Positions 27,956-36,040 of a stretch of DNA of 64,000 nt are shown one piece after another. The position numbers and the translations under genes were made by a program. Under the pieces are notes generated by a model, which did no database searches, was not told where the DNA came from, and worked only from the letters and a program-made list of their open reading frames with translations. Every line of letters begins with the position of its first letter. The stretch's first letter is position 1. This stretch comes from Candidatus Tayloriibacteriota bacterium. GTDB lineage: Bacteria; Patescibacteriota; Minisyncoccia; Phycocordibacterales; HO2-43-120. The DNA is taken from positions 4,840-68,839 of the forward strand of contig JBDTMN010000004.1 in the NCBI GenBank assembly GCA_039934295.1, in the 5' to 3' direction.

Positions 27956-28594
27956 TTAACCTAACACCTGCTCTTTAAATTCCCCCACTCTCACTTTCGG
28001 CGCCTTCAATACTCTTCCATTCAACGAATACCCTTTTTGTATGACAGATGTCACCACCTGATCCATCTCTTTTTCATCCACTTTTACATATTCTATCGCC
28101 TCGTCCCGCATAGGGTCAAATTTCGAATTGGAGGGGTCAATCTCTTTGAGCCCATTGTCATCTAAAATTTTCTTAAGTTGACTCGCAATATATTCCACTC
28201 CAGTCCGCCAGTTTTTGTCCGCCTTCTCCCAGAGTTCTTTGTTTCCCATCGCCATCCCAAAACTGTCGAGAACAGGAATAAGTTCCGCCAATAAGCCCTC
28301 ATTCGCGAATCTCACAAATTCGGCATTTGCATCCTTATCCCGTTTTCGAGAATTGATGAAATCGGCTTTATCCCTCTGCCAGCCGTCGAGATACTTTTGT
28401 TTTTCTTCCACGCAAATTTTGAGCTTCTCGCGAAGTTTTCCTATGGTCTCTTCCCCTCGTTCTTCCTCCGCGACTACATCTCCATCATCAGACTTCTTCG
28501 ATTGCGGAGTTTTCTTTAAAGGATTCCCTTCTTCATCTGTTGCAATAATATCATCGGCTTCAGCGTTTTGATTTTTTGAATTATCATCTGACAT
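27956..28594 (-). CDS. grpE: Nucleotide exchange factor GrpE
   Basis: Coiled-coil N-terminal part, then a GrpE core. Position upstream of dnaK. Confidence 0.8.
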   Translation of the reverse strand: MSDDNSKNQNAEADDIIATDEEGNPLKKTPQSKKSDDGDVVAEEERGEETIGKLREKLKICVEEKQKYLDGWQRDKADFINSRKRDKDANAEFVRFANEGLLAELIPVLDSFGMAMGNKELWEKADKNWRTGVEYIASQLKKILDDNGLKEIDPSNSKFDPMRDEAIEYVKVDEKEMDQVVTSVIQKGYSLNGRVLKAPKVRVGEFKEQVLG

Positions 28595-28663
28595 TACTTC
28601 TCATTATATATTAATTTCTAATATCATAGCAAAACACCCCCAAGTGAGGTGTTTTGTTTGCCT

Positions 28664-29104
28664 TTATCTCTTAGACCACTGCGGTGCTTTCCTAGCCTTT
28701 TTAAGTCCGAACTTTCGGCGTTCTTTCATGCGGGGGTCGCGTTTCAAATATCCCGCTTTCTTGAGTTTCTTTCGGAGTTCAATATCAAAGAGGAGAAGCG
28801 ACCTTGCAATACCATGTCGCACCGCCTCCGCCTGAGAGTGAATTCCGCCACCTTTCGTCTGAACAGTAATTTCAAATTTTGAATTAATTTTTGTTTTATT
28901 CAGGGGATCTAAAATGATCCTTTGGAGCTCGGGCGTTGGAAAATAGGTAGCCATATCCTTGCCATTAATGAGATACGAAGATTGGGGGACACCCACAGTC
29001 ATACGAACCCTGGCCATTGAAGTTTTGCGTCGCCCAACAGCCTCGAGGTATCTCGATTTTTTCACCTGCGCCTCTTCTTCTGTTTTTTTGATTTCTTTTA
29101 TCAT
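28664..29104 (-). CDS. rpsI: 30S ribosomal protein S9
   Basis: GRRKTSMARV, GGGIHSQAEAVRHGIARSL, C-terminal KKARKAPQWSKR. Confidence 0.9.
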   Translation of the reverse strand: MIKEIKKTEEEAQVKKSRYLEAVGRRKTSMARVRMTVGVPQSSYLINGKDMATYFPTPELQRIILDPLNKTKINSKFEITVQTKGGGIHSQAEAVRHGIARSLLLFDIELRKKLKKAGYLKRDPRMKERRKFGLKKARKAPQWSKR

Positions 29105-29231
29105 ATTTTTTTAATCGTGTAACGTGTAGCTTGTCCTAACCCGTTTGGTCGGACTAGGGTAACCTGTAACGTCTGAGAAAGATCTTTCTTTTTCTTACGT
29201 TACAAGTTGCACGTTTTGCGTTACACGGTCA
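29105..29231. repeat. Imperfect long hairpin of GTAACG-type repeats between rplM and rpsI, centred on the palindrome AGAAAGATCTTTCT
   Basis: CGTGTAACGTGTAGCTTGT ... palindrome ... CTTACGTTACAAGTTGCACG...GCGTTACACGG. Confidence 0.5.
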
Positions 29232-29579
29232 TTAATCCTTAATGACCAGCCTCTTCATCATCCTCGGCCTCAATTTGTTTGACGGAAGCATGCCATACAC
29301 AGCCAATTTAAAAACTTCAGATTTTCCCTTTTTTTCGATGACCGTTTCCATTTTCTCATGCCTCAATCCTCCCGGATAGCCCGAATATTTTGCATAAGTT
29401 TTTTTCGAGACTTTTTTCGGAGAGATTTCAGATTGAGACACATTCACAATTTCCACCATTACGTCCGCCGGAAACGAGTTGCGAACATAAGAAGAAGTGT
29501 TTTTTCCCATGAGAATACTCGCGGCCTCGCTTGCCACTCTTCCCACTTTTTTCTTTTTTGCGTCGAGTATATACTTCAT
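29232..29579 (-). CDS. rplM: 50S ribosomal protein L13
   Basis: MKYILDAKKKKVGRVASEAASILMGK. L13 length and composition. Confidence 0.85.
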   Translation of the reverse strand: MKYILDAKKKKVGRVASEAASILMGKNTSSYVRNSFPADVMVEIVNVSQSEISPKKVSKKTYAKYSGYPGGLRHEKMETVIEKKGKSEVFKLAVYGMLPSNKLRPRMMKRLVIKD

Positions 29580-29670
29580 TTTTTTTCACTGAACTGACTC
29601 GGAACATTCACTCGGAACTAAAGCCGAACTTCTGTGCTTTTCCGTGTGCTTCGTCCGTGTGGCTTCCGTG

Positions 29671-30021
29671 TCATATGAGTTCTATCATCGCCATTTTGCT
29701 CCCATCGCTTACTCTCGAAGGCAGTTTCGTAATCCGGGTATATCCGCCCTTCCTATCTTTATATTTCGGTCCCGTCGTTTCGAATAATTTTTTAACAAGC
29801 GGAGGATGACCAAGACGAGAGGCAACAAGCCGTCGGTTGGAAAGAGTAGCATTTTTCGACTTCGTAATCAATTTTTCAACATATGGCCGGAGCTCCTTCG
29901 CTTTTGCCTCCGAAGTGGTGATTTTCCCCTCTTCAATCAAAGAAGAAGCAAGCGACTGTAAAAGGGCTCGCCTCTGCCCTCTTTCTCGCCCGAATTTTCT
30001 GTTTTTCTTGTGATGCATCAT
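29671..30021 (-). CDS. rplQ: 50S ribosomal protein L17
   Basis: HHKKNRKFGRERGQRRALLQSLASSLIEEGKITTSEAKAKELRPYVEKLIT. Confidence 0.9.
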   Translation of the reverse strand: MMHHKKNRKFGRERGQRRALLQSLASSLIEEGKITTSEAKAKELRPYVEKLITKSKNATLSNRRLVASRLGHPPLVKKLFETTGPKYKDRKGGYTRITKLPSRVSDGSKMAMIELI

Positions 30022-30023
30022 TA

Positions 30024-30100
30024 TAGCTATTAGCTATTAGCTATTAGCTTTTAGCTTAGGGAATTTAATTTCCTATAAGCTAGCAGCTAATAGCTAAAAG
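30024..30100. repeat. Intercistronic long hairpin: (AGCTATT)x4 arm, palindromic loop GGGAATTTAATTTCC, (AGCTAAT)-type arm
   Basis: TAGCTATTAGCTATTAGCTATTAGCTTTTAGCTTA GGGAATTTAATTTCCTA TAAGCTAGCAGCTAATAGCTAAAAGCTA. Confidence 0.75.
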
Positions 30101-31072
30101 CTACTTCAACGTGACTCCAAATTTATTCAACATTTTTTTTATCTCCTGAACGCCTTTTCCCCCTAAGCCGTCAATATCCAGAATATCCTCTTCTTTTTTT
30201 CTTACCAACCCTCCCAAGGTCCGGATATTGGCATTCAGAAGCGCGTTCAATGTTCTTTGTGTCAACTCCAGCGATTCAAGCCTCGTTTTAAGAAATTCCG
30301 GATCAATCTCTTTCTTATCTGCCGAGGCCTCCTCTGTCTCTTTCGTTCTTTCCGTCTCCAAAGGAATGATTACTTCATCTTCTTTAAAACCGATGATGGC
30401 CTTCAGCTGATTTATCATGATTTCCACGGATTTTTCAAATGCCTCTTTTGGTGAAATGGTGCCATCCGTCTCAAGAAAAATTTTCAATTTATTGAAATCA
30501 GTGCGATTACCCACCCGCATATTTTCTACTTCGTAGTTCACCCTTCGTATCGGCGTGAAAATAGCATCAAGACTGATTGCGCCGATCTCCACCCTATCCT
30601 TTTGCAGAAGTTCTTTGGAAATATATCCCAAGCCTCTCTCCACGGTCATCTCGATGTCGACTTCCGTATTTTTTTCGGTAATGGAAAAAAGATGCAGATC
30701 GGGAGTAAGCATTGTCACCTGTCCAGGCACCTTTATGTCTTTTCCGGTTACTTCTTTGACGCCTTTCACTTTGAGCGAGAGCGTCTGGGGTTCATCGGTA
30801 TGCATGGCTATCCTCAACTTTTTTATTTTGAGGAGAATGGTAATGACATCTTCCTTCACTCCTTCCAGAGTCGAGAATTCATGGCTAACCCCTTGGATTT
30901 TAACGGAGGTTACCGCAGACCCCGGGATAGAGGACAGAATAATCCTGCGCAAGGAGTTGCCCAGAGTGTGACCGTAGCCGGGGTAAAGGCCGTCAATCTC
31001 ATACAGTCCCGTGAAATTTTCCTCACGCAAGACTTTTGGCTTGGAAGGCAATAAAACGCTATAATCAGGCAT
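30101..31072 (-). CDS. rpoA: DNA-directed RNA polymerase subunit alpha
   Basis: N-terminal domain with GYGHTLGNSLRRILLSSIPG. C-terminal HhH domain. Confidence 0.9.
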   Translation of the reverse strand: MPDYSVLLPSKPKVLREENFTGLYEIDGLYPGYGHTLGNSLRRIILSSIPGSAVTSVKIQGVSHEFSTLEGVKEDVITILLKIKKLRIAMHTDEPQTLSLKVKGVKEVTGKDIKVPGQVTMLTPDLHLFSITEKNTEVDIEMTVERGLGYISKELLQKDRVEIGAISLDAIFTPIRRVNYEVENMRVGNRTDFNKLKIFLETDGTISPKEAFEKSVEIMINQLKAIIGFKEDEVIIPLETERTKETEEASADKKEIDPEFLKTRLESLELTQRTLNALLNANIRTLGGLVRKKEEDILDIDGLGGKGVQEIKKMLNKFGVTLK

Positions 31073-31086
31073 AGTATTTTTTTAAT

Positions 31087-31166
31087 TAAGCTTTTAGCTT
31101 TCAGCTACTAGCTGTTAGCTTCAAGATGATTATCCTAAAAGCTAATAGCTAACAGCTCATAGCTAC
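31087..31166. repeat. Intercistronic long hairpin of AGCT(N)TT 7-mers between rpsD and rpoA
   Basis: AAGCTTTTAGCTTTCAGCTACTAGCTGTTAGCTT CAAGATGATTATCCTAA AAGCTAATAGCTAACAGCTCATAGCTA. Confidence 0.7.
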
Positions 31167-31777
31167 TATCGTTGATAAAATTGAATAATTGCATTGATAT
31201 CGAATACCGTTTCCCCCGTCCGATAAGCCGGTTTCGCCTCGATGACCGCCTGTCTTTTTTCCAAATCCAATTTGATCCATGGAGGCACAGCAACTTCTTT
31301 GAACTTCTCTCCGACGCCCTCAAACAGCTTCTTTTTTGCACTTGCATCGCGAATAGCAATTATCTCCTTTGGAGAAACTTGATACGAGGGAACAGTCACC
31401 TTTACCCCATCAACCAAAATGTGCCCGTGGGAAACCATCTGTCGCGCCATTTGGCGAGTCGACGCAAGCCCCATCCGATAAATCACGTTATCCAATCTTG
31501 ACTCCAGCATTTCATAAAGCGTATCCACAGCTGGGGTACTCTTTTTTGCGAGCGAGCGTTTGACGTAGGTGCTGAATTGGCGCTCATTGATGCCATACAT
31601 ATATCGAGCTTTTTGTTTCTCGATCATCTGTATTCCATAGTCAGTTTTAGGGCGTCCTTTTCTTTCTCCGCCTTTTCCCCTGCTTGCCATACGGGCAGCA
31701 AATTTGGGAGTCTGAGTCTTATCAAAAATGTTCGCCCCCAACCGCCTTGCTATTTTGTATTTTGGACCAATTTTCAT
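31166..31777 (-). CDS. rpsD: 30S ribosomal protein S4
   Basis: MKIGPKYKIARRLG...; S4 domain VDGVKVTVPSYQVSPKE. Confidence 0.9.
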   Translation of the reverse strand: MKIGPKYKIARRLGANIFDKTQTPKFAARMASRGKGGERKGRPKTDYGIQMIEKQKARYMYGINERQFSTYVKRSLAKKSTPAVDTLYEMLESRLDNVIYRMGLASTRQMARQMVSHGHILVDGVKVTVPSYQVSPKEIIAIRDASAKKKLFEGVGEKFKEVAVPPWIKLDLEKRQAVIEAKPAYRTGETVFDINAIIQFYQR

Positions 31778-31780
31778 AAT

Positions 31781-31868
31781 TAGCTTAAAGCTATTAGCTA
31801 TTAGCTATTAGCTATTAGCTTTTTTGGAATTTTTCCTAAAAGCTAACACCTAACAGCTGACAGCTATT
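31781..31868. repeat. Intercistronic long hairpin, (AGCTATT)x5 arm vs AGCTAACACCTAACAGCTGACAGCTA arm
   Basis: TAGCTTAAAGCTATTAGCTATTAGCTATTAGCTATTAGCTTTTTTGGAATTTTTCCTAAAAGCTAACACCTAACAGCTGACAGCTA. Confidence 0.7.
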
Positions 31869-32302
31869 TATACCCGCCGTGGCTTCTTCGCTTTCGGACC
31901 GTTATACGGAACCGGCGTCATATCGGTAATTTTTGAAATGTTTATGCCTTTCGATATGAACCCGCGAATACCCGACTCTCGTCCCGAGCCCACCCCTTTT
32001 ACGACCACGTCAATTTCCTTTACGCCAAGGTCTTGTGCCTTCAAAGCCAGTGTCTCCCCGACTTTTGCGGCGGCAAACGGAGTGCCTTTTTTTGCCCCCT
32101 TAAAGCCCAATGAGCCGCTCGAAGACCAGGCCAATGCGCCTCCTTTTTTGTCCGTCAAAATGAGCTTGGTATTGTTGTATGTTGACTGAACATACAGGAC
32201 CGCCGAGTCCACTTTACGTTTGGCACCACGGGCTTGAGGCGCGGCAACTTTACCGCCTTCCGTCTTTTCTCCCTCTGTTTTTACGATTCTTTTCTTTCCC
32301 AT
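31868..32302 (-). CDS. rpsK: 30S ribosomal protein S11
   Basis: VLYVQSTYNNTKLILTDKKGGALAWSSSGSLGFKGAKKGTPFAAAKVGE...; C-terminal PVPYNGPKAKKPRRV. Confidence 0.9.
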   Translation of the reverse strand: MGKKRIVKTEGEKTEGGKVAAPQARGAKRKVDSAVLYVQSTYNNTKLILTDKKGGALAWSSSGSLGFKGAKKGTPFAAAKVGETLALKAQDLGVKEIDVVVKGVGSGRESGIRGFISKGINISKITDMTPVPYNGPKAKKPRRV

Positions 32303-32308
32303 AGTAAT

Positions 32309-32390
32309 CAGCTTTTAGCTATTAGCTGTCAGGTGTTAGCTTAAAATCTTTAATTTCCTAAAAGCTAATAGCTAACAGCTTACACCTATT
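32309..32390. repeat. Intercistronic long hairpin (AGCTTTTAGCTATTAGCTGTCAGGTGTTAGCTT arm vs AAGCTAATAGCTAACAGCTTACACCTA arm)
   Basis: Arms are reverse-complementary, including the compensating AGGTGTT / ACACCT variant. Confidence 0.7.
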
Positions 32391-32769
32391 ATTTCTTTTC
32401 AACCGCTTTCCTTCCCGAACCCATGGTCTTCCTTGTATTTCCCCTGACAGTGCGTGAATTGGTCTTCGTCCTCTGTCCTTTGACGGGTAATTTCCGCAAA
32501 TGCCTGATTCCTCGATATGCTTTAATGTCTTTCAGCCTTTTAATATTTCCCGACACCTCTCTTTTCAAGTCTCCTTCGATTTTGTGTTCTTCCATTGCCT
32601 TTCGAATATCGTTTTCTTCCGCAGGAGTGAGTTCCTTTGCCTTTTTCCCCGGCGCGATGTTTGTCTTTTTCAATATCGACAGCGCGCGAGAACGCCCCAC
32701 GCCATAAATTGCGGTCAAGGCTATCTCCAATCTTTTTTCATCCGGCAATGTTATTCCAGCAATTCTCAT
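32389..32769 (-). CDS. rpsM: 30S ribosomal protein S13
   Basis: MRIAGITLPDEKRLEIALTAIYGVGRSRALSIL...YRGIRH. Confidence 0.9.
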   Translation of the reverse strand: MRIAGITLPDEKRLEIALTAIYGVGRSRALSILKKTNIAPGKKAKELTPAEENDIRKAMEEHKIEGDLKREVSGNIKRLKDIKAYRGIRHLRKLPVKGQRTKTNSRTVRGNTRKTMGSGRKAVEKK

Positions 32770-32773
32770 AGTG

Positions 32774-32857
32774 AATAGGTGTTAGGTGTTAGGTGTTAGG
32801 TGTTAGGTGTAAGCATTCGGTTTTACTAAAACCTTACACCTGTCACCTTACACCTGT
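32774..32857. repeat. Intercistronic long hairpin of (AGGTGTT)x5 vs (AACACCT/TACACCT) repeats between rpmJ and rpsM
   Basis: AGGTGTTAGGTGTTAGGTGTTAGGTGTTAGGTGTAAG CATTCGGTTTTACTAAAAC CTTACACCTGTCACCTTACACCTGTTC. Confidence 0.75.
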
Positions 32858-32974
32858 TCAACCCTGTCTCTGCTTATGCCTCGGGTTCGCCTTGCATATC
32901 ACATACACATATCCTTTGCGTCGGACAAGTTTGCAACTGGCGCATACTGTTTTTACGGAAGCTTTTACCCTCAT
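32858..32974 (-). CDS. rpmJ: 50S ribosomal protein L36 (38 aa; absent from the 60-aa-minimum ORF track)
   Basis: Minus-strand translation gives [38 protein letters not shown]. Canonical C-x2-C...C-x4-H zinc ribbon. Located between infA and rpsM as expected. Confidence 0.8.
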   Translation of the reverse strand: MRVKASVKTVCASCKLVRRKGYVYVICKANPRHKQRQG

Positions 32975-33030
32975 GCCATGAATTAAAAACTAGGTGTTGT
33001 CAATCCTAATTCTTGGTTTCCCTTATTTAA

Positions 33031-33255
33031 TTAAAGACGCTTCACAATTCTTCCCTTGCCTCCATAAGGGTCAATCTGTACTTTTACCCTATCTCCTATT
33101 AAAACTCGGATTCGATTCATTCTCATCTTTCCCGAAAGATAAGCGAGCGTCTCATTTTCTTGGCCTTCTAATATAACTTTAAACAGGGTATTAGGCAAGG
33201 CCTCGCGAACCACTCCATCGAGGCTTGTGTCTTTTTCCTTCGCATTATGCATCAA
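33031..33255 (-). CDS. infA: Translation initiation factor IF-1
   Basis: S1-like fold: GVVREALPNTLFKVILEGQENETLAYLSGKMRMNRIRVLIGDRVKVQIDPYGGKGRIVKR. Confidence 0.9.
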   Translation of the reverse strand: MMHNAKEKDTSLDGVVREALPNTLFKVILEGQENETLAYLSGKMRMNRIRVLIGDRVKVQIDPYGGKGRIVKRL

Positions 33256-33334
33256 ATTTGTAACGATTTCCTAGCATATCAAGTAACCCTAATTTCGTCA
33301 ATATAGGATAGCCCAAATCCCCCAAGGCTTCCCA

Positions 33335-34666
33335 TTAGCCCTTACTTTCTACAATTTTAATTTTATCAAGTTCTCTCGGAAGTTTCTTTACCCAAAATGG
33401 CTTCAATGTGATTTCAGTTTTGTCAAAAGAGAACTGAGTCTTAAGAATTTCCTCGATTTCATCCAAAGACTTTCCGGAAATCATTTTTCGGAGCTCCAGT
33501 TCTTCATAGCTCCAGACGATACTTGGATTCCCTTTTAAGTTGAAAACAATTTCGTCTTTTTCGATGAGATTGTCCGGCGAAAGAGAGGAAAACACCAACG
33601 CTTGGATGTTCGGTATTTCTATTGCTTTCCCATCAAAATCGGGAATAACCTCTTTTGCGATACTTTTTTCGAGAGCGGTCTTGTTAAATATAATTCCTTG
33701 AAAGTGAGCTTGCTCATTCACCCGTATCGAATTTGGAGCAACTGGATCATTCGGCAAAGATTCAAATTCTATGGAAACGGCGTTATCAAAAAGAATGAAA
33801 TTTTCCGGCATCTCGCTTTGAGCCTCTTGAAAAAGTTCTTTTTGCAGTTCTGTATGAATATCTTTTTTTGCTTGAGTCAAATCTGCCTCCGCTGCAATCT
33901 TTGAGAGTCCGGAAGAACCCTGTGTCATCGCAGTTTTTGAACGAGCAACGATTGTCTTGAATCGGGGATCTCCCTTAAAGCCGGGAATGGTAAAATAAGT
34001 GATCGCGATATTGTACTTTGCTCCGATTGCATCGGCAAATACCGTAACCTCGATGCTTCCGGGAGTTTCGCCTTTTTTAGCGGGTACGGTAATCGGTTCA
34101 GCGATGCGATAAATCAACCCCCCGGAAGTTTCAAAGCGAGTGTTCTTGACCAGAGTCTGTGGCTTAGACTCATTGCTGGAAATAATTATTTTTCCGCTTG
34201 CCTTAGAATCTACCTGTTTTTCTTCTTTCGCTTCTATCACTTTTGACCCAGTTTTTGTCAACGTTATAACATCATAGAAAAGTGAGGTGTCGGTCTTGAC
34301 TTTTACCGCCTTGAAATTCGAATCAAGCGAAGCTTCCACTTTCTTTGGAGTAACTTCCACTGTCGCGCTTCCGAATACGGTAAAAAATGAGAAACCGAGT
34401 ATAAGCAAAGCTACAAGAATGCTCAACCAAAGAAAAAGTCGGGAATGCCTCCTCCTCGGAGGCTCAACAAATTCGGAGACACGCTTTTCCTCAAAGGTAT
34501 GCGGAGATGGAGGTTCATACTGTTCCTGGTTATAAGGTGATCGGCGTGGCAGATCAACCTCAAGAGGAATATCCGAGATCCTTTTTCTCCTATCGGATGG
34601 CAGGGGAATATCTCTTATTGACCTTTTCTCGGGAGGAAGAACATCTTGTAAAATATTTTTTGCCAT
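33335..34666 (-). CDS. Hypothetical bitopic membrane protein (Pro/Arg-rich cytoplasmic N-terminus, one TM, large extracytoplasmic domain); possibly PilN/PilO-like partner of the upstream PilM-like gene
   Basis: TM segment LFLWLSILVALLILGFSFFTVFG. Downstream of and co-oriented with the PilM/FtsA-like gene. Confidence 0.4.
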   Translation of the reverse strand: MAKNILQDVLPPEKRSIRDIPLPSDRRKRISDIPLEVDLPRRSPYNQEQYEPPSPHTFEEKRVSEFVEPPRRRHSRLFLWLSILVALLILGFSFFTVFGSATVEVTPKKVEASLDSNFKAVKVKTDTSLFYDVITLTKTGSKVIEAKEEKQVDSKASGKIIISSNESKPQTLVKNTRFETSGGLIYRIAEPITVPAKKGETPGSIEVTVFADAIGAKYNIAITYFTIPGFKGDPRFKTIVARSKTAMTQGSSGLSKIAAEADLTQAKKDIHTELQKELFQEAQSEMPENFILFDNAVSIEFESLPNDPVAPNSIRVNEQAHFQGIIFNKTALEKSIAKEVIPDFDGKAIEIPNIQALVFSSLSPDNLIEKDEIVFNLKGNPSIVWSYEELELRKMISGKSLDEIEEILKTQFSFDKTEITLKPFWVKKLPRELDKIKIVESKG

Positions 34667-34741
34667 AATTGAATAAACTCGAAATTTGGATTTCGCGCTC
34701 TAATGAAGGTTATTGTATCATAAAATCCATTAAATAGGAAG

Positions 34742-36004
34742 TTATATCGCGCGCTCGCCGAGCTTCTGTATAAACACACTCTCCATTGCAAGAAGTGAGG
34801 CGTTTTCGGCAAATTCACCGATTTTGTAGGAATCCTTAATGAGAGAATCCTGAATCGGCACTATTTTAAACGGCTCGCGGTCTCCTGCAAACTGTTCGAA
34901 TATTTCGTCTTCAATCATCTTGGAAAAGAGCGCTATAAAATCGGAATCCGCCGTTATAAAGAGCGTCTTTGGCAAGAAAAATTCTTCGAAAAAACTCCGA
35001 AGAGATTCGTGAAAATGCGTGACCCAGTCTTTCTTCGAGTTTAAGATTTCCCGAATTTTTTCGGTTACATTCGGCTCCGCCTTTTGAGCTTGGTAGAGGC
35101 GGAGAAACGAAAGCGCCACTTGGGGGACTGTGTTTAGGGACTGGCCAATCTCCCTGATATAAAAACTGGAACCGATGGGAATCGTCACCGTCTCGAGCAA
35201 TAGCCCTTTTTTTATAAGACTGACATCGGTTACTTCCTCCCGGACATCCACAAGAAGAAAATCCGGGGGGGTGTCCTTCAAATCCCTGACCCCAGAAAAC
35301 AGCACGAGCGGGAAAGAGTGGAACTGAATAGACTTGACGTTGAAATTTCTTCTGATGGTCTCTTTGATTTTTTCCGTAAGTTCCACCCCCGCAAAGCTCA
35401 GATAAATCGAGACTTCAATATTTTTAACGGATTGTCCTGTTGGCTGCCAGGTCTCGTAGCCGTTCAATTTCATCCGTATTATTTTGCTCTCGAGAACCTC
35501 GACGCTCTCTTTGAAGTTTTGGGAATACTCGCCCTTAAGGAGCGACTCTTTAAAGACATTTTTTTCGTCTTCGACAATCCTATTCAAAAGCGCGGAGGTG
35601 ATCGTGACCGGCTTTTCTTTTTCGATTTTGATTATCTTTGTCTGGGATATATACCACGGAGAAGAGAGCACGCAATATACGTGCTGTATCGTCTCGCGTC
35701 CATGCTTTGTAAACTTGAGATGTGATAAGCCCTCGTCTTCAAGCGATTTCAAAACTTCCTGGAGAGCTGACCACATGAGGACTTTGGTTCTTTCAATATC
35801 TTTTTCTTCTCCAGCGGGGAGAGATACTCTATGGTTGAAAATTACATACGGGTTTTCCGTTTTTGAGATTTGGAGCAACGCGCCCTCAACATACCCGGAA
35901 CTGAGGTCGAGAATAATTGATATTTCATCGGAGGATTTATTCATGAAGGAAAACATGCAAATAAGTATACCACACTGGGAAAAGCGTGTAACAGAAGGAC
36001 GCAC
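34742..36004 (-). CDS. Actin-fold ATPase, PilM/FtsA-like (likely start MNKSSDE at 35944 or MFSFMNK at 35956)
   Basis: IILDLSSGYVEGALL N-terminal phosphate-1-like motif. FLLVDVREEVTDVSLIKKGLLLETVTIPIGSSFYIREI resembles the PilM/FtsA phosphate-2/adenosine region. Confidence 0.4.
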   Translation of the reverse strand: MRPSVTRFSQCGILICMFSFMNKSSDEISIILDLSSGYVEGALLQISKTENPYVIFNHRVSLPAGEEKDIERTKVLMWSALQEVLKSLEDEGLSHLKFTKHGRETIQHVYCVLSSPWYISQTKIIKIEKEKPVTITSALLNRIVEDEKNVFKESLLKGEYSQNFKESVEVLESKIIRMKLNGYETWQPTGQSVKNIEVSIYLSFAGVELTEKIKETIRRNFNVKSIQFHSFPLVLFSGVRDLKDTPPDFLLVDVREEVTDVSLIKKGLLLETVTIPIGSSFYIREIGQSLNTVPQVALSFLRLYQAQKAEPNVTEKIREILNSKKDWVTHFHESLRSFFEEFFLPKTLFITADSDFIALFSKMIEDEIFEQFAGDREPFKIVPIQDSLIKDSYKIGEFAENASLLAMESVFIQKLGERAI

Positions 36005-36040
36005 CCTCTCTTATGTTACATGTTGTGTGTTACATGCTAT
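35985..36040 (-). promoter_or_regulatory. Promoter of the PilM-like gene with a TGTTACA-box array: two upstream ATGTAACA boxes, a TGTTACA -35-like box, 17 nt, TATACT
   Basis: Minus strand reads ATGTAACAcacaacATGTAACAtaagagagggtgcgtccttcTGTTACAcgcttttcccagtgtggTATACTtatttgcATG. Confidence 0.45.
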
